NCBI GenBank assembly: GCA_963740355.1
Contig: CAVUDW010000004.1
Coordinates: 1-64,000, forward strand
Reading direction: 5' to 3'
DNA length: 64,000 nucleotides
From: an uncultured Gemmatimonadaceae bacterium
GTDB lineage: Bacteria > Gemmatimonadota > Gemmatimonadetes > Gemmatimonadales > Gemmatimonadaceae
Under the pieces are notes generated by a model. That model was not told the DNA's origin. It was given only the letters and a program-made list of their open reading frames with translations, and did no database searches. The first letter of the stretch is position 1. Every line of letters starts with the position of its first letter. A program made the translations under genes and the position numbers. Positions 59,404-64,000 of the stretch are shown piece by piece.

Positions 59404-59488
59404 GCCCGGGTGGCGGAAATGGTGAGACGCGGGGGACTTAAAATCCCCTGACCGCAAGGTCGTGTGGGTTCGATTCCCACCCCGGGTA
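59404..59488 (+). tRNA. tRNA-Leu(TAA)
   Basis: GCCCGGG acceptor stem, GGGGA-CTTAAAA-TCCCC anticodon arm, long variable arm GACC-GCAA-GGTC and GGTTCGATT; CCA not encoded. Confidence 0.95.
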
Positions 59489-59518
59489 TCTCGACGCTGA
59501 ACACGCTAGTTTGCGCGC

Positions 59519-60514
59519 ATGACTGACGTACTCGCGCTCGCCTCTGAACTGCTCGCCATCCATTCGCCCTCCGGCGGCGAAGGACCGGCCATCGATTTCG
59601 TCAGCCGCTGGCTGCTCGCCAAGGGCTGGAATGTCCACGTGCAGGAAGTGTCACCGGGACGTGGCAACGTCTGGGCGACACGTCGCGGCGGAGGGGTCAC
59701 GCTCTCCACGCACCTCGACGTGGTGCCGCCGTACATCCCACCGCGACTCGATGGCGACAAGCTCTTTGGCCGCGGCTCCTGCGACGCCAAGGGAATCGCG
59801 GCCGCCATGATGGTGGCCGCCGAACGTCTCGCTGCGGAAGGCGAGGAGCGCGTCGACCTGTTGTTTGTCGTGGGTGAGGAAAAGGGCTCCGACGGCGCAC
59901 GCGCGGCGAATCATCTGCCGGCCACCAGTCGGTTCCTGATCAATGGCGAGCCCACCGAAAGCATCCTCGCCTCTGGCTGCAAAGGCTCGATGCGCGTGAT
60001 GGTGCGCACACGCGGACGAGAAGCGCATTCGGCGTATCCGCAACTCGGCATTTCAGCCATCGAGCCGATGCTGAAACTCCTGCCGACGGTGCACGCACTG
60101 CCGTTGCCCACCGATGCCATCCTCGGCGAGACGACGGTCAACATCGGCGTGATTCGCGGTGGCACGGAAGCGAACATCATTCCCGGCATGTGCGAGGCCG
60201 AATTGATGTTTCGACTCGTGAGTGACCCGGCGCCACTGCGTGCGGCGATCGAGCAGTGGGTCGATGGCATTGCGACGCTGGAATGGGGCTCGTACATCCC
60301 GGCGCAGCACTTTCACACCGTGCCAGGTTTCGAGGCACGGCCGGTCTCGTACACCTCCGACATTCCGCTCTTGCCGCGCTGGGGCACGCCGCTCCTCTTC
60401 GGCCCCGGGTCGATTCACGTCGCGCACACCGATCACGAGTTCGTCTCGGCGCCGGAGTTGCGCGCCAGTGTCGACACCTACATGGCGCTCACGCGCACGC
60501 TCCTGGGATCGTAA
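59519..60514 (+). CDS. M20 family deacylase (ArgE/DapE-like)
   Basis: STHLDVV, GRGSCDAKG, GEE, GEPT and GPGSIHVAH; first gene of the dap operon. Confidence 0.82.
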   Translation: MTDVLALASELLAIHSPSGGEGPAIDFVSRWLLAKGWNVHVQEVSPGRGNVWATRRGGGVTLSTHLDVVPPYIPPRLDGDKLFGRGSCDAKGIAAAMMVAAERLAAEGEERVDLLFVVGEEKGSDGARAANHLPATSRFLINGEPTESILASGCKGSMRVMVRTRGREAHSAYPQLGISAIEPMLKLLPTVHALPLPTDAILGETTVNIGVIRGGTEANIIPGMCEAELMFRLVSDPAPLRAAIEQWVDGIATLEWGSYIPAQHFHTVPGFEARPVSYTSDIPLLPRWGTPLLFGPGSIHVAHTDHEFVSAPELRASVDTYMALTRTLLGS

Positions 60515-61594
60515 GTGACCGTTCCTCACCCGTTCAACGGCCAGCGACTCCCCGTCGCCATTCTCGGTGCCACCGGCATGGTGGGGCAGACATTCGTCCG
60601 TCTGCTTGCCGATCATCCCTGGTTCACGGTCACCACGGTAGCCGCATCCGAACGGTCCGCGGGCAAGCCGTACGCTGATGCGGCGAACTGGCTCGAGGGC
60701 GAGATGCCGGCTTCGGTGCGCGACCTGATCGTGCAGCCGTGCGATCCTGCCGTCATCACGGAGTCCGTCGTCTTCTCTGCGCTCGATAGCGGCCCGGCAC
60801 AGGAGCTCGAGCCAGCGTTTGCGCAGAAGGGCGCGATCGTCCTGTCGAATGCCAAGAGCTATCGCATGGCTCCCGATGTGCCCTTGCTGATTCCGGAGAT
60901 CAACGCATCGCACCTTGCGCTGCTTGATCTCCAGCGCCAGCAGCGCGGCTGGACGGGCGCCATCGTGACGAACGCCAATTGCGCCACGATCGTGCTTGCG
61001 ATGGCACTGGCGCCACTGCACGCGGCGTTCGGGGCGCGGCGCCTGTTCGTCGCCACCATGCAGGCCGTCTCCGGTGCAGGATATCCCGGTGTGTCGTCGC
61101 TCGACATCCTCGGCAACGTGATTCCGTACATCGGTGACGAAGAACCGAAGCTCGAGACCGAAGGCCAGAAGATTCTCGGCGCGATCACCGCGAACGGGGT
61201 GACCGCCGCACCGTTCGTGATCAGTGCGCACACGAACCGTGTGGCCGTCGAGCACGGCCACACAGTCTGCATGTCCATCGAGTTCGAACAGCCGGTCACC
61301 CCGGAGCAGGCGCTCGAGGTGTTGCGTACCTGGAAGGGTGATCCTGCGTCGCACGGCTTGCCATCGTCACCGCCGATGCCGCTGGTGGTGCACACGTCAC
61401 TCAATCGGCCGCAGCCGCGGCGCGACGTGAACGAGGACGGCGGCATGAGCGTACACGTCGGTCGCGTGCGGAGCGACCCGCAGTTTCACCTGCGCCTGGT
61501 CGCGATGGGCCACAACGTGATTCGCGGGGCAGCCGGCGCCTCGATCCAGAACGCAGAGCTGCTGGCCGCTCGCGGCGTGATTCGCCTGGCATGA
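60515..61594 (+). CDS. asd: Aspartate-semialdehyde dehydrogenase
   Basis: GATGMVGQ, NANC catalytic Cys, QAVSGAG and HNVIRGAAG. Confidence 0.96.
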   Translation: MTVPHPFNGQRLPVAILGATGMVGQTFVRLLADHPWFTVTTVAASERSAGKPYADAANWLEGEMPASVRDLIVQPCDPAVITESVVFSALDSGPAQELEPAFAQKGAIVLSNAKSYRMAPDVPLLIPEINASHLALLDLQRQQRGWTGAIVTNANCATIVLAMALAPLHAAFGARRLFVATMQAVSGAGYPGVSSLDILGNVIPYIGDEEPKLETEGQKILGAITANGVTAAPFVISAHTNRVAVEHGHTVCMSIEFEQPVTPEQALEVLRTWKGDPASHGLPSSPPMPLVVHTSLNRPQPRRDVNEDGGMSVHVGRVRSDPQFHLRLVAMGHNVIRGAAGASIQNAELLAARGVIRLA

Positions 61595-62949
61595 TCATCA
61601 GCAAGTTCGGCGGCACGTCGGTTGCCGACGCCGCGGCCATCGTCAGGACCGCAGAGATCGTGCGCGGCCGACTCGATCGTCGCCCGATCGTCGTCGTGTC
61701 GGCGCTGGCCGGTGTGACGAATGCGTTGCTCGGCATCGCACGCCAGGCGAGCGAGGGAAATTTCATCTCGGCCGTCTCCAGCGTGCAGGCGCTCCGCGAA
61801 CGCCATCTCGTCGAGGTCGAGGCGTTGCTTGGCGACTCGCCGGAACAGAATGAGATCGGCGCCGAGGTGAGCGTGATCTTCGATGAGCTGGCCTCGCTCT
61901 GCGAAGCGCTGTCGGTGCTGGGGTTCATCACCGCTCGCAGCCTCGACGCCATTGCCGGCATGGGTGAACGTGCATCATCGATGCTGGTCGCCGCAGCGTT
62001 CCGTGCGCGGGGCATCGACGCGGTGCATGTCGATGCCCGGAAGGTGATGATCACCGACGACAACTACGGCCGCGCCGAGCCGCAGCCGGAGGCGATTGCG
62101 GTTGCCGCGCGCAGCATCGTCGCGCCCATCGTGCATGACGGCAAGGTGCCGGTCATGGGTGGCTACATCGGGTCCAGCACGGAAGGCATCACCACGACCC
62201 TCGGTCGCGGCGGATCCGATTACAGCGCGTCGCTGATCGGCGCCGGGCTGCAAGCGGAATCGATCGAGATCTGGACCGATGTCGATGGCATGCTGACCGC
62301 TGATCCCCGTGTCGTGCCGACCGCTCGACCGATCGAGCAGATTCGTTTCGACGAGGCGAGCGAGTTGGCCAGCTTTGGCGCCAAGGTGCTGCATCCGGCG
62401 ACCATCGCACCGGCCGTTCGACTTGGGATTCCCGTCTGGATCTACAACTCGCGGAACCCGGGCGGGCACGGCACGCGCATCACCTTCGACGCCCCGCGGC
62501 GCTCGGTGACGGCGATTGCCGCCAAGCGCGACACCACGATCTTGCGCGTCGCCACTGGCAAGATGCTCTTCCAGCATGGCTTCCTGCGTCGTGTGTTCGA
62601 GCTGTTTGACGAACACTCGGTGTCGGTGGATGTGGTCGCGACCAGCGAAGTCTCGGTTTCCGTCACCGTCGACGACTCGGCTCCGCTCGATGTGCTGCTC
62701 GGCGCGCTGCGCCAGATCGGCGACGTGTCGGTCGAGCGGCGACGCGCCATCGTCAGCGTGGTTGGTTCTGGCATTGCGGACGACGCGGATGCGATGGGCA
62801 CCGTGTTGCGGGCGCTCGGGCATCGCCGGATTCACATGCTGTCGCTGAGCGCAAGCGCCATCAACCTGACCATCCTGCTCGACGACGCCGACGTCCCGGA
62901 TGCCATGCGTGCGCTGCATGCGGCCCTCTTCGAGGCGTCGTCGTCGTGA
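61591..62949 (+). CDS. lysC: Aspartate kinase (lysine-sensitive AK-III-like)
   Basis: KFGGTSV, TLGRGGSDYSA, WTDVDG, FGAKVLHP and two ACT domains. Confidence 0.95.
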   Translation: MIISKFGGTSVADAAAIVRTAEIVRGRLDRRPIVVVSALAGVTNALLGIARQASEGNFISAVSSVQALRERHLVEVEALLGDSPEQNEIGAEVSVIFDELASLCEALSVLGFITARSLDAIAGMGERASSMLVAAAFRARGIDAVHVDARKVMITDDNYGRAEPQPEAIAVAARSIVAPIVHDGKVPVMGGYIGSSTEGITTTLGRGGSDYSASLIGAGLQAESIEIWTDVDGMLTADPRVVPTARPIEQIRFDEASELASFGAKVLHPATIAPAVRLGIPVWIYNSRNPGGHGTRITFDAPRRSVTAIAAKRDTTILRVATGKMLFQHGFLRRVFELFDEHSVSVDVVATSEVSVSVTVDDSAPLDVLLGALRQIGDVSVERRRAIVSVVGSGIADDADAMGTVLRALGHRRIHMLSLSASAINLTILLDDADVPDAMRALHAALFEASSS

Positions 62950-63647
62950 CGGTGCGAATCGCCCTTTTCGGCGCAGGTCGCCTCGGGCGCGAAATCCTCG
63001 CGTTGGCGCCTGATCGCGGCGCGCAGGTCGTGGCAACGTTCGGTCGGTCCGCGCCGGCAACGGAGGCGGGGTTGCGAGAGTGCCACGCGGATGTCGCAAT
63101 CGATGTCAGTGTGGCGGAAGCGGTGGCTGCGAACGCCAATCTCTGCATGACGGTTGGGATCCCCACTGTCATCGGTGTAACTGGATGGGACGCTGACGTA
63201 CCCGAGCTGCAGCGTGCCGTCGCAGCCGCACGCGCGGGCGTGCTGGTGGCCCCGAATTTCAGTATCGGCGCAACACTGTTTTCGATGGCCGTCGCCGATG
63301 CGGCGCGCCGGTTTTCTGCCGCCCTTGGCTTCGACGCGCACATCGTCGAGACGCATCACGCCATGAAGAAGGATGCGCCCTCGGGGACGGCGCGCCGCCT
63401 CGCCCAGCTGTCGAAGGACAGTCGAGGCAGCGATGTGCCGGTGACGAGCGTACGGGTCGGGTATGTGCCAGGTGTGCACACCCTGGTGCTCGATGCGCCG
63501 TTCGAACAGGTGACACTGACGCATGAGGCGCGTGATCGACGCGTGTTTGCCGACGGCGCGCTGCGGGCTGCGGAATGGATGCAGGGCAGGACCGGCTGGT
63601 TCACGATGGATGACGTGGTACTCGATCTGACCGGGAACTTGCCATGA
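62946..63647 (+). CDS. dapB: 4-hydroxy-tetrahydrodipicolinate reductase
   Basis: GAGRLG, GVTG, PNFSIG and ETHHAMKKDAPSGTA. Confidence 0.95.
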   Translation: MTVRIALFGAGRLGREILALAPDRGAQVVATFGRSAPATEAGLRECHADVAIDVSVAEAVAANANLCMTVGIPTVIGVTGWDADVPELQRAVAAARAGVLVAPNFSIGATLFSMAVADAARRFSAALGFDAHIVETHHAMKKDAPSGTARRLAQLSKDSRGSDVPVTSVRVGYVPGVHTLVLDAPFEQVTLTHEARDRRVFADGALRAAEWMQGRTGWFTMDDVVLDLTGNLP

Positions 63648-64000
63648 GCGATTTTCACCTGACGCCGCTCCGTGGGTGCGGCACAGCTCTCGTCACACCA
63701 TTCACGCAGGCTGGCGAGGTCGACGAAGCGGCGCTGCGTGCCTTGGTCGAGTGGCAGATCACCGAGGGGATCGATTTTCTCGTCCCCTGCGGTTCGACCG
63801 GTGAAGCCGCGACACTCGACCTCGCTGAGCACCTGCGCGTCGTCGCGATCACGGCTGAGACGGCGGCAGGTCGCGTCCCCGTCATTGGTGGCGCGGCCTC
63901 GAATGACACGAAGAAGGCCATTGCGCTGTCGAAGGCCGTGATCGACGCCGGTGCCACCCATCTGCTGCATGCCTCACCGATGTACAGCCGTCCGCCGCAG
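63644..64000 (+). CDS. dapA: 4-hydroxy-tetrahydrodipicolinate synthase (runs off the window)
   Basis: Translated by hand: MSDFHLTPLRGCGTALVTPF...LVPCGSTGEA...GRVPVIGGA...ASPMY; ATG overlaps the dapB stop. Confidence 0.93.
   Translation, partial: MSDFHLTPLRGCGTALVTPFTQAGEVDEAALRALVEWQITEGIDFLVPCGSTGEAATLDLAEHLRVVAITAETAAGRVPVIGGAASNDTKKAIALSKAVIDAGATHLLHASPMYSRPPQ

Noticed and set aside
59283..59488. tRNA genes as an integration site for an island
   Set aside because: No integrase, no duplicated tRNA 3' end and no compositional shift; the flanks are ordinary chromosomal genes.

Overview
High-GC bacterial chromosomal segment, most consistent with Gemmatimonadota (inferred from gene repertoire and order, not from a search). 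It is almost entirely core genome. Contents in order: a partial tRNA(CAT); a frameshifted S9 peptidase; an envelope cluster (Wzi-like, DUF2279-like, hldA kinase, mlaEFD, EamA); a long + strand run CMD-obgE-dprA-hemW-hrcA-dnaJ-prmA-rsmE-HIT-rpsU-yqeY-mutS2-dnaG-recJ-rsmD-coaD-pta-rsmA; rex divergent from arcA-DEDDh exonuclease-MBL hydrolase; a VPS10/BNR protein, APC permease, OMP, type II PanK-like kinase and D-aminoacylase-like lipoprotein; infC-rpmI-rplT-pheST-zapB-zapA-(6S-like RNA)-rny-folD-xseAB-ispA-dxs-nadK-recN; two poorly characterised large proteins; tRNA-Gly and tRNA-Leu(TAA); and a lysine/DAP operon running off the end. I found no mobile element, CRISPR array or defence island. The most interesting signals are regulatory or non-coding: a perfect Rex operator between rex and an orphan arcA, a structured infC leader with an attenuator-like terminator and an ATT start, a compact 6S-like RNA, and a strong terminator 3 nt upstream of the rare-codon tRNA-Leu(UAA). 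Also notable are a divergent type II PanK coupled to a lipoprotein amidohydrolase and three single-base frameshifts.
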